A stretch of DNA of 63,931 nt, filler included, from Octopus bimaculoides (Eukaryota), in NCBI RefSeq assembly GCF_001194135.2. It is 3 parts of 3 records of this genome, joined end to end, with 100 filler letters (N's around TTAATTAATTAA, not from the genome) between each part and the next. Parts side by side here need not be neighbours in the genome. Positions count along the whole stretch, not along the records: positions 1 to 29,819 come from NC_068985.1; 2 more parts are not named here. The stretch is one strand, 5' to 3'. Both the position numbers and the translations under genes were made by a program. Below the pieces are notes generated by a model. It did not search any database. It saw nothing but the letters and a program-made list of their open reading frames with translations, and had not been told where the DNA came from. Shown in pieces: positions 12,122 to 25,000 of the stretch. How positions within the stretch are numbered: position 1 is the first letter of the stretch; the number at the start of each line of letters is the position of its first letter.

Positions 12122-15100
12122 GTTCTATTTTACCATGTAACTGACGTTGAGTGTGCCAACTCTGAGGGTGTGGGAGGTGTGGGCCTGTGAGACCCTGGGA
12201 TGAGGGACAGCAGTGTCATGTACCTGAAAAGAAAGCCTGCATTTGGCAGAACTCATAGACAAACAATAGCCTACAACCTGCATACACTACACCATCTTTA
12301 TTGCAAAATAAACTTTTTAAATGCATATCAATGCTTGTGCCTGCTTTGTGGGTGTGAAAGTGGATGGCTGTATTTTAAATGGATGTGGGCATGGTTGGGT
12401 GGGTAAGACATTCAATTTGAAACCACATGATTCTTGATTCAATCCCAATGCACAGCACCTTGGGCAAGTGTTTTCTACCACAGNNNNNNNNNNTGTAGAA
12501 GACCAGCTGTTGCATCTACATTGAAGCCTCCCTCTGTCTACAGCACAATGTTATCTAAGGAAAAGACAAAGGCCAATACAGTTTCACAGTATGGCTGTGA
12601 GAAGGGAAAGGGCAGGATGAGATATCACAAGGCATCCAATCAAGTGTTTTAGCAATCCTGGACTGCTATTATTATTATTACCAAATTCAAAAAGGGAAAG
12701 GTACAATTAACTGCATTGATATTTGAACTCAGAATGTAGACAACCAAGACAAATATCGCTAAGCCTTCCACCCGATGCTCTAATCACTCTGTCAACAACA
12801 TACTGGATTGTAAATAAATCATATCAACTAACCTCAAAGTCTTTGAAGTATTTTTCTGCAAATTTTCTGCAAAAGAAAGAAACAAATTTACATCACAATC
12901 ATCATCATTATTTCTACATCAGCTCACAAAAAGAACCATTATAGAACTGTTATTTTGTGTTTGTAAATTTATTATTTCAATCTAAATCAACAATACATTT
13001 GAATAGGTTCAATTCCTGATTATCACTAAGCATTATATTTGTGGATGTCTGCATCGTATCAAACAGGAATGTATTTGAAATATCAGGTTGAGTAAAAAGT
13101 AATCAATGTTTTGAAACATGAAGGATTTGTACCAAATTTTTGCAGAGAATAAAATTTTCTTTTCACATTTTTTTTTTTGCAATTGTCTCTTTAATACAGA
13201 CATAGACTTGTCAAATGCATCAATAAATTAACATTGATATCTTTTTCACCGTTGTTATAACCATCTGAAATGGAACTGTCGAAGTGTGATATTCAAGCAA
13301 TTTTGTTATTGTTATAAACCCAAACTGGAATATCAAAATTTAAAAGGTTTTAATTGACTAAAAATACAGCAATCTACAATAGAAACAAAGATTGCTAAAT
13401 TGTAAGCAAAACCAAACTTCAACGCAATAACAGTTTTATGAAGCGAGTTGCTACAGTCTCGACTAACTAAAATCTAACACTGAACACGTCCTGCCGCAAA
13501 CAGAACAGAACTCCACACAGTTGCACTGCAAGCAAATAACAGCAATCGAGACAATCAAAGTCATGTGATCAAGACTAAAATCACAACAGTTATTCAACTT
13601 CTAAAAAGGATGTAAGGCACCTGAAACTGCTCGTGATATCAATGAAACATTTGGTGAGGAAATGACCAGTGAGTGGTCAGTTTGAAAATAGTTTAAATGA
13701 TTTCGCAGTGGAGACCTGACCGTTGAAGATTGTAAGCGTAATGGATGCCCATCTGTCATTGATGACAGTCAATTAAAGACTGTCATTGAGAAAGATCCAC
13801 GTAAGCCCACTCGAAAATTGGCAAAAGTACTTCGAGTTAGCAGAAAACTACCTGCAACAATTTGCATGCAATTGGAAAATCCAAAAAAGCTCAATAGATG
13901 GGTACCAAATGATTTGAATGAAAATCAGAAAATGCGCAGATATGAAATTTGCTCATCGCTTCTCCATTACCAGTCTGATCCATTTCTTGACCGTAGTGTA
14001 ACTTGCGATGAAAAGGGGGTTCTGTACAATAACAAAAAATGATCTTCACAGTAGTTGGTCCAAAATGAAGTCCTGAAAACTTTGGCTACACCTGAGCTCT
14101 TCAAAAAGATGGTTGTGGTGACTGTTTAATGGTGTACTGCTGGACTCATCCACTAGAACTTCTTAAAACCTGGAAAAACCATTAGTGCAGAAACATATTG
14201 CCATGAAATTGCCAAAGTGAATGGAAAGCTGCTATTCCTCTGTCCCAGACTGGTCATCAGAAGAAGGACAATTATTCTTCATGACAATGCTCAACCACAT
14301 GTTTCACTAATGATTCTCCAGAAGCTGAGGCAGCTTGGATATGAAGTTCTTCCCCACCCAGCTTATTCCCCAGACCTTTATCCTATCAACTACCACTTTT
14401 TCAAGCACCTTGATGGTTTCCTGCGAGAGAAAGCGTTCAAAAATCAAACCAATACCGAAAGAGCATTCAAAGAGTTCATAAGATCCGGAACTCCAGATTT
14501 TTATGTTACTGGAATAAACAAAGTTGTAACTTGTTGGCAAAAATGTGTTGATTGGTATTTGATGAATAAAATTTCCGTGCTGTTGAAATATATTGCGATA
14601 AATTTCATGTTTCAAAACATTGCTTACTTTTTACTCAGTCTAATATAATCTTTTGAAGATCTTCAGTGATTATTAATCTTTAGAGAATGCTGAAGGTTTT
14701 GCCAGTTTTTTTTCTAAATGTATTTGAATGAGATTTTATGGACATTTATAGGTAAATAGTATTATTCTTTCTACTTATTTTTATTATCATTCACAGTGTG
14801 CTGAATGTTTTACATTCAGAATCAGCATTCATGATAACTGGTCACAACCAGTTTCCTTAGATATCAAGGACCTTTCTTACAATCCTTGCTCTTCCCAATA
14901 CAGAAGATTTCAGAATTGATGCAATTCTTGTAATTATACAAAACTCAATAAGGGAGCCTTTAAGTCTGTTGGTGACGACTGAGATTATTAATTGTTCTAA
15001 GTTAATATCTTTATTGTCCCTTAACATTGTGCCACCTTGCTTCTCCTTGCCTGGCTGACTGAGGTAGCCAAGTACCCTCTCTATAATAAGACAACTATCT

Positions 15101-18100
15101 CTGCCTCTCTGTCATACACTAACCTCTTCGCAGTCTCACAGCCATATCCCTCAATTCCTCCCCTTCTCTTAACTAAGAGCCCTTTGTCTTGCAAGTCATT
15201 TGGCAACGCCACAGGTGCTGGTGCCACATGAGAGCACCTGTGCAACTGCCATGTAGGAAGTTCCCATGCTACTGCCACATAAAATGCGCTGAGTACACTC
15301 TGTAAAGTAGTTGGCATTAGGAAGGGCTTGCAGCAGCAGAGACCATGCCAAAACATACAACTGGAGCCTGCTGGGGCCCTCCAGCTTGCCAGTTCCTGCC
15401 AAAATATCCAATCCATGCCATTAAATGATGATGGTGATACATGATGATCATGATGAAGATGATGATGGTAATGATGATGCTGATTACCATAAAACAAACA
15501 CTTTTGAAAAATTTCTAAAGGTCTTTACTTGTAGGTAAAAAAAGTTTTACTTTTTATAATTGAATCAGGGCAAAATGAAGACAGACCAGGCTGAGATGAC
15601 AATCATGTTAACTGACAGATCTTGCAGATCTAAATAGGATTATTATATGTAATGGTATATATCTTTACATGACTTTGTAGCACAGAAGATTTAAAAGATA
15701 TAATTTCTTATACATTATTCGTTATTTGTATCAAATTTAAGATCTGTTTTCAATTTCAGTTTCATAAAAATGACACATTTTCATCATAAAGCAATCAAGA
15801 TTGGCAGATGATTTTATCCAAAGTTTGATGTCATCATCATCAACATTGTTATCATCATTGAACATCTGTTTTTATGCAAGCATAGGTTGGACAGTTTGAC
15901 TGGAACTGAAAGGTAGAGAGCTGCAACAGGCACCAGTCCTCTGCTTTAGCAAAGTTTCTACAGCTGGATGCACTTCCAACCACTTTACAGAGGGCATTGG
16001 GTACTTTTAAAGTGGCACTTTTAAAGATACATCTTACATGGCACCAGGAAATGGGGAATTTTAATTTTAATCAGAGTTTAAAACCTTTATTGTTCAATTC
16101 ATTTCAAATGTGAACTGGGGAAAGAAATGATCTTGAACTAAAAATTCTCCCCTGTCTCTGTTCTGTGGGTGTATGGAATAGGCTTGAGCCTTTTGTCTTG
16201 CAATTAAATACATACAAACAAAAATAGTGTATTAAAAGTTGCATAACCAGGACTTACTGAAGTTGAAATACTGAACATATAGATTCCATGTTGTCTCATA
16301 TCAACAATGTCATGGCTTCTCTTACTGTTTCCTACATTTATATTTCCTTATATCGTTATCATATTTATACAACACAATCTCCTCATAATTAAATATAAAA
16401 TCAAAGTTAAGCNNNNNNNNNNNNNNNNNNNNNNNNNNNNNNNNNNNNNNNNNNNNNNNNNNNNNNNNNNNNNNNNNNNNNNNNNNNNNNNNNNNNNNNN
16501 NNNNNNNNNNNNNNNNNNNNNNNNNNNNNNNNNNNNNNNNNNNNNNNNNNNNNNNNNNNNNNNNNNNNNNNNNNNNNNNNNNNNNNNNNNNNNNNNNNNN
16601 NNNNNNNNNNNNNNNNNNNNNNNNNNNNNNNNNNNNNNNNNNNNNNNNNNNNNNNNNNNNNNNNNNNNNNNNNNNNNNNNNNNNNNNNNNNNNNNNNNNN
16701 NNNNNNNNNNNNNNNNNNNNNNNNNNNNNNNNNNNNNNNNNNNNNNNNNNNNNNNNNNNNNNNNNNNNNNNNNNNNNNNNNNNNNNNNNNNNNNNNNNNN
16801 NNNNNNNNNNNNNNNNNNNNNNNNNNNNNNNNNNNNNNNNNNNNNNNNNNNNNNNNNNNNNNNNNNNNNNNNNNNNNNNNNNNNNNNNNNNNNNNNNNNN
16901 NNNNNNNNNNNNNNNNNNNNNNNNNNNNNNNNNNNNNNNNNNNNNNNNNNNNNNNNNNNNNNNNNNNNNNNNNNNNNNNNNNNNNNNNNNNNNNNNNNNN
17001 NNNNNNNNNNNNNNNNNNNNNNNNNNNNNNNNNNNNNNNNNNNNNNNNNNNNNNNNNNNNNNNNNNNNNNNNNNNNNNNNNNNNNNNNNNNNGGCTGTGT
17101 GTTAAGTCTATTATATGTAGCAAGTTTATATTTGAAAGGAGGAATGGGTACTTCTCCTACCAACCACAAACGCTACCTCTGCCTATCTCCTGAATTGTTG
17201 TATGTTGTGTTATCAGACATGAAAAGATGAAAATCTATGTTGACCTCAGCACAATTCTGAATTCAGAAATTCAAGAAAGATGTTATGTTATGCTCAGCTA
17301 AATCTTCATCATCATCATTTAAAGGATTGGATAGTCTGATAGGAGCCGACCAAGCTCCATTTCTCAGTGTTTGCAGGGTTTCTACAGCTGGATGCCCTTC
17401 CTAAAGCCAACCAATTTACAGAGTGCACTGGATGCTTTTATGCAGCACCAAAATGGGTGTGTATATGTGGCATTGGACTGGGTGGATTTTGTATGGCACC
17501 AGCACCCATGAGTCTCCAAGATTACAAATGCTGAGCTAGAGAAGGATGCAGTAGGCATTCCTGTATACAAGGACAACCACACCTCTACTTAGCTTGATGT
17601 CTCTTGTCAAGCACCGCAAACCACCAGGAACCCCGGACCCTGTCATTCCCTCCATGAGACCCAACTTCTGAAGATCCTCTCTCACCACTTCATCCCGCAT
17701 CCTGCTGGGTCTACCCCTTCCACTTTAAAAGTGTTTTAAATAACTTTTTCTGGAGGGGTGAGTTAGTTTCCATTTTCATTTGGTAAAGCTGTTTGCTGTT
17801 TGACCTCAACATCTGAAGAAAAAAACAAATGGATGGAGAGGAAACTGTTGATTTGGTCCAAAAGCAAGAAGGTTAGAGAATTAATGCTAAAGGCACCCAA
17901 GAAGCAAATGGTGGTGCTAAACAGGGTAGCACTGAAAACCAGTAGCCAGATTTCTGCTACTGGTGGTGGTGATGCTTCTGTACACATTCTTATTTTAAAA
18001 AAGGAAGACTCCCCTTCCTCCATACACAAAATGATTCACCTTTGAAAACAAAAAATTCTAAATCTAAAAACGACTGTTAAGGGCTCTGGTTTGATGAAAT

Positions 18101-18994
18101 AAAACAGACAAGAGATAACAAGTCTGTGGTTAGGATGCTTGTCTGTTTCAACTCACATTAACAGAGGATCTACTAACTTATTTCCAACAGCTACACAAAC
18201 GCAACATGTTGCCTCATATAAAATAAATAAATAATAAGAACTAACCTTGCTCTCTCCAATATAGTCTTTTGCTAGATTTCTGCAAAAGAAATAAAGGGAC
18301 ACATATCATTATCACTATCATCATCAACATCATCATCATCATTTTTATGTCTCTATAAATAAACAATTATCTCATGAAATTCTCAAAGCTACAAGATAAA
18401 CCATGATCAATTCAAAATGATGTGAATAAAGAAGCTTTACATTTCCCAGAGTAATCTGATTGCTAAACGGTTAATCATTGTATATTTTTTTAGTATCATC
18501 ATATTTAATGATGCATATTTTTAAGTCCATGTAGAGTGTATTATTTTCAAAATACAACTCATAAGGATCAGTTTGCCACTCCTTCTCGTTCATCAAGTCT
18601 GCCATGCAGTAATTGAGGATATAATTTATATATTTTTTATGTTTGTTTTGGTCATCAGACTGCAACCATGCTGGGGCATTACCTTCAAGAATTTTGGTCA
18701 AAGGTATGAACCCTTGAACATATAATTGAGTAAAGACAGAGAGAGATATGGAGGGTGGTAAGTGCCAGGGCATACCCATGAGGTTTGAAGGTCATAATAT
18801 AAGTGGCAGGATATTACCAAAGAAGCGTGATTAGAGAGTGGGGAGAAGTGAGAGGTGAAAGCTTGGGTGCATACAGAGACGTGTGGACTACCAGATAGAC
18901 AAAGCCAACCTCAACAGAATTCAAAATGTAAATATGGACGAAATGCCACTATGCATTGTGCCTGTTGTGCTAACAATCCTGTTACCTCACCATC

Positions 18995-19032
<38 letters not shown>

Positions 19033-22000
19033 NNNNNNNNNNNNNNNNNNNNNNNNNNNNNNNNNNNNNNNNNNNNNGCGTGTGTGTGTGTGTGTGTGTG
19101 TGTGTATGCATATATATATATATATATATATCAGTATATTGTGATCACATTTATACAGCACAATCTCCTCATTTTAATAAAGTAAAAATCCAATTTAAAT
19201 AAAACGTAATAGAAATATTTACTGAGCTCTTCTTTTGTCGACATCTCCTCTACTTATGTCTTTCAAAAGGTTACTGTAACCCTATAAATATTCAAAATGA
19301 AAGCATATGTTTAGACTTTATAATAAAATTAATGATTTAACATCAGTAGTTCTATTTTACCATGTAATTGACTCTTCAATCAAAATGGATATTGCCTGAC
19401 TTCCTGAAGCAATTGGTTGTTTTGCTTCTCTACATCCACAGGAAGATCAACTTTCAGATGTTTGATTCAAAAACAGACAGAAACATTGGAATAATTCCAG
19501 AACATATTCTTTCAACCAACTTTGTACTGTAGGAAAGTAATAATTTCTAAACAAAGCACAAAATCACACATTTTGTAGGAGTCTAGTTATTTGCCCACAG
19601 AACTCAACTAATAAAGGAATGTGGTTTACTACTTAGGGTTATAACTTCACAATTATAAAGTAATGGCTTTGGTTCCTGGACCAAGAGGTACATTATGCCC
19701 CTGAGTAAAACAGTTCAGTATATTTCCCTCCAGTCTACTTAGCTGACAATAAGCAACAAATGAGTGGTGCAGGAGCACTCTCTCAATCCAGCTATCATGT
19801 CCTCACTGTTGGGTGAAAGGTAGGATGGTTGAGAAGTTATTTGTATTGAATTCTCATTGAATAGAAACATAAAACACTTAGTGAACGTACAGTTTCATGC
19901 TACCAGGTCATATTATTTTGTGTGAGATAGCTATGGGGTTATTTTTATGGGTTATTTTTCTAAATACTTGACTGATAATTTTTTTCTGAAATCAGAAAAG
20001 ATGAAAGACGAAATTGACAAATCTGGGATTCAAAATCAGGCAATAATCCTCCACTTCATTAAAAGAAGTTGCAAAATATTCATCACATCTTGAACAAGAG
20101 AGAAAAAAACGTTAAGAGATTTGGATATACTGGATTTTACAGTATCCAGATATAGTATTTGTGTAAGAAAAGAAGACAAAATGGTATCACTTTCAACAAC
20201 ATTGCTCATTCAGAAATGACCTGTGATTAAGCCTTCCTGATTGAATGCTCCCATATCCAGCTCAAATATTCTACCTGTTCTATATTTACATGCATCTAAC
20301 TTCTCATACCTACCCTACAATGTCATCCTAAAAGTAAATAATATGATCATTGAAGTCTTAAAGCTACAAGATAATGCATGATTAATTCAAAACTGTGAAT
20401 AAATAAGCATTACCTTTGACAGAGGAATCTGAATTGTTTAAAGGATTAAACAAGAATAACAAAAATAGGAAAATTAAATAGAAGTCCAATACAAGAAACA
20501 AAGGCTTTCTCCTTCATCAGTTTCAATATCAAAGCTGCTGTGTCTACCAACACAACTTCAATAACTTTACTTGTGTTATCAAGCTTCAATAAATGGGATG
20601 CTACACTGAACTCACTGGCATTTCAATTCAGAAATTGTAAACATTGAACTAGTAAATCGAAATCTTGTATACTATGAAGTCTGTTCCCCTTAATGCTTCA
20701 CCAAATTACCAATATTCAAAAAACATGTAAAATTCCAAAACAAAGCAGAGAAGCAAAATAAGTTTGGAGAAGGGAATATATTTCATCTCTAGTCCCTAAC
20801 AGAACAAGGCCCTCACAGAAGGCAGCATATAATCATTTCATTTGCTCCATCATAGCAACTAAATCCTCGTCGACTGCCATCTTTGAAATGGCATCCACTT
20901 GCACTACGTTCTTAAGTTTCAGACATCGATCCAAAAAAAAGACAATACTTTTATGTATTTTTATAAGTCTGTCAGATGAAGCAAGTTAGTTTCTGTTGTG
21001 CGAGAGTATGATACCCTCTGGCGAGAAAGGACTGGACCATTACATATAAATAGTAGCCGTCTGAGTAAGTGAGTATTTCATGCTTGTTCCACAGTTTGTG
21101 TGTTGTTAGTTCAAAGTTTACAGTTTGAGTTAGCATCTTGGATTGTTGGTTCTTAAAACAATGATGTTACATTTGTGTGGTTACATTCTATTTGTTTCGA
21201 TTATATTGTTATTACACTGTTGCAGTGCATGTTTTTTTATCCACAAGGGTATAACATCTGTTGACAAGGATTGTTCGAAACTCACAATGGTTATTTGACA
21301 ATTTCTGCATTATGGCAAACCTATTAGCCACAGTAGTATAGTTTCAAGAGAAGCAACAGGAACAACCACAGGAATTGCAAAAACAAATACTACAACATCA
21401 ACAATTAACTGAGTTACAGTCAGCGAAGTCCAGTAATTTCAAAGCACCTGAAGATAGAGAAATTCAGGCAAAGATTATCTCGATAATGGAGCAAGTGAAT
21501 CAGGATTTATCTCAACAGACCATCACAGAAGAATATCAGACTCTGGTAAATCTTGAACTTGATGTGAAAAAATTACAACATAAAGACTCTGCAAAAATTC
21601 AAATGTATCGTCCCAGGTGGCAAAATCAAAAACAAAGTGTCAGGGCCCAATCCATGTTATGGTTGTGGGGAGGGGGGCCTACACTACAAAAAGGATTGTC
21701 TGTTTAAAAACAAAAAAGTGCTATAGTTGTCAGAAGCTGGGACACATGAGTCATTGTGGAACTATGAGTCTCAAACACAGAAAGTTCCAAGGTGTTTTCA
21801 GTGGAGAGTGATTGTGATGGGAAAACAAAAAAATTTATGCACATAAAAATAAATGATATGGATACCAAATTACAGTTAGACATAGGTAGTAACATCACGA
21901 TTATAAAAGCGGATACTTGGAAAATATTGACAAACTGAGATTATGTAAAACAGCAAGAATAGCAGGTGGTTTAACAGGCGATAAATTACATTTCATGAGC

Positions 22001-25000
22001 AAAACATTTGTTGATGTCACGTTTTGAGGCAAAGACACACGAAACAGGCTCCAATCTGATTTGGCAGAGTTTCTACAGCTGGATGCCCTTCCTAACGCCA
22101 ACAACTCAGAGAGTGTAGTGGGTGCTTTTACATGTCACCTGCACGAAGGCCAGTCAGGCGGTACTGGCAACAGCCATGCTCAAAATGTTACATTTTATGT
22201 GCCACCTGCACAAGAGCCAGTCCAGGGGCACTGGCAATGATCTCGCTTGAAAATCCTACGAAGGCCAGTCAGGTGGTAAAAATAAAAGAAGCTTTAGAAA
22301 ATAAACAGAATAAATATACGAATGCCTGTAGTTTTTCACTTTGCGATGATATTTTGATGTGTGCCCAAAGGGGTGGTGGTTCCAACTACATTACAAAAAA
22401 GTGTACTGCAACAATTTCACATCCAGGAATGGCAAAGATGAAGGCCCAAACGAAGAGTCATATCTATTGGCCATCTATGGACTGAGATATCGAAAGCTTG
22501 GTGAGAATGTGGTAAGTTTGTATGCTCACAGCCAAAGCCCTGCCAATAAACTATCAATCATGGCCAGAGAGGCAGAACCCATGGTCTAGGTTACACACTG
22601 ACGATGCCAAACCAGTAAACAGTGATTACTACCTAATCATAGTGGATAGCTGTACTAAGTGGCTGGACGTTTGCAGGTGCTATAGACAAACATCTAAGAT
22701 AACTATAAAGTTCTTATATGAATAGTCTGATGAAACGGTGTCCCTGACACCCTAGTTTCAAACAACAGAATGCAGTTCTCTGGGTATGAATTTAAGAACT
22801 TCACCCTACCACCTGAGCTCAAACGGGCACTTAGAAAGATTAGTGGACACTTTCAAAAGAGTGTTAAGAAAATGTGGAATGAATTAAGAAGCTCTGAAGC
22901 AGTGAGAAATTTCTTAATAAACAGAATGACCCCCAGTCCCAGAATAAATTCGAAGAAGTCTCCTGCAGGATTGAGGTTCACAAGAAGAATAAAATCCATT
23001 TCTGATAAGCTGTTACCGGAGAAAAAAAGATGTAAAGAAAATACGAAAGAGCTACTAAAATACATCAAGACAGATGATAAAGTGCATTTCAAAACTAATA
23101 GAAATGTTAGGACTAGGAAGATGGCCTTGTTACCAGAAAAACTGGAAGTATGATGTATCTAATTAAAGGGACATATAAACCAACTATGGAAGAGGAATAC
23201 CCAAGTTCAGGAAGAAATTCCCATGGAAGTATTCTGCGAAATATTCAATGTACCTGTACCAAAAGTAATAGAGCCCCAAAGAACCAGTATGAGAAAAAGG
23301 CAGATGAAACACCTTGAGATAAGTGAAAGAAATACTATATTAGTATATATATATGAGTAAAAAATTTCTTTATTTCTTTGAAACACTAAATCTCAGAAGA
23401 GGAGATGTTGTGTGAGAGTATCGACTGGTGAGAATGGATTGGACCACTACATATAAATAGCAGTAGTCTCAGAAAGTGAGTAGTTCATGCTAGTTCCACA
23501 GTTCATGTATTGGTGGTCCAAAGTTTACACTTTGAGTTAGCATGTTGGATTGTTGGTTTTTAATAGAATGATGTTACGTTCTGTGTGTTTACTGCCGTTT
23601 GTTTCAATTAGATTGTTATTACACTTGCAGTGTATTCGTTTAACCATAAACATATTACAGTCTCCATGACATTTTGGTAGCCCTGCCTCAGACTTGTAAG
23701 AATTTCAGTGTAGGATGTTCAACCTGAATATCTGAAGGTAAACAATAATCGGTGGAGAGGAAATCCTGATTTGGTTCAAATGCATGAAAGTGAGGGAATT
23801 CTCAGTAAAGTCACCCAAGAACCAATCTTTTAAATTATTCTGGTAGAAAACATGAGAAATCTCAGTCATGACATCTCTAATTAGAAACACATCAGAATGA
23901 ACAGGTGACTTAGATGAAACTGCACCTTGTTACCTAATGTGATGCCACAGGTAGGCTAATGATATCGTTTACCTTATTTCTTAAATGAATTCTTAAGTCT
24001 TTAGAAAAACCTTCATAGATGACAGAATGTTGAAGGTTTTTGCAGGTTTATTTTTAACCATTTAACAGATCATTCAATCAAATGCAATGGATATTTATCT
24101 ATATTGTTCTGAATTCCTAAAGCATTATCTTGTAGATCCAGTGTCACTACTAGTATTGCTGCTACTAATACTACCAGCAACAGCACCAGCACCACCATCA
24201 CAACCATTAGTACAACAACAGCTGCTGCCACTACCAATATATTCAACACAGGACTTACATTGCTGCAAGTGTCATCTGTAGTTAGGTTGCTGCCCAATTT
24301 CAGACAGCATTAAGAGATTATCTGCAAAATTAATCCCAACACTGACATGAATTGAGGTAGAGGACGGGCAAATGCACAGGATTTGATCCTACGACCTAAG
24401 AACGTAAAATCCAATATTTTATTCCGACAACCATAGCATTTTTGCAGGTGTATCTACTTTGGCAGTCTATAATTAAATAATACCAGATTTTGTAACAAAT
24501 TAGTTATTTTAAGCTTTTTAGTAATTGTTTAGCCCTAGGTCAGTCCTCTTCCAGCAGACCTATTATCCCAAAAGTATGTTTCTTATGATAAAACCCAAAA
24601 AGGACAATTTTGTAGGACCTCCATCACTGGTAGGAAAAAGTGAGGATGGAACCATCACTTGTTTGGTATCATCAGACCATATACCTCAAGTGAATGCTTA
24701 CTACAGGAGGAATTCCACTGAATGCATCACTGGTACAGGTGGATAACACCTTAGACAAGTGTGTTCTACCACAGTAATTGCTTGACCAATTCCTTGTGAA
24801 TAAAATTTGGTAGATGGAAACTGTGTAGAAGACCAGCTGTTGCATCTACATTGAAGCCTCCCTCTGTCTACAGCACAATGTTATCTAAGGAAAAGACAAA
24901 GGCCAATACAGTTTCACAGTATGGCTGTGAGAAGGGAAAGGGCAGGATGAGATATCACAAGGCATCCAATCAAGTGTTTTAACAACCCTGAACTGCTACT

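Noticed and set aside
20414-20428. 15-nt AG..GT candidate micro-exon (IPLSK), similar at about 18440-18455
   Set aside because: Lies in a dispersed repeat, and the copies fall in introns of different phase.
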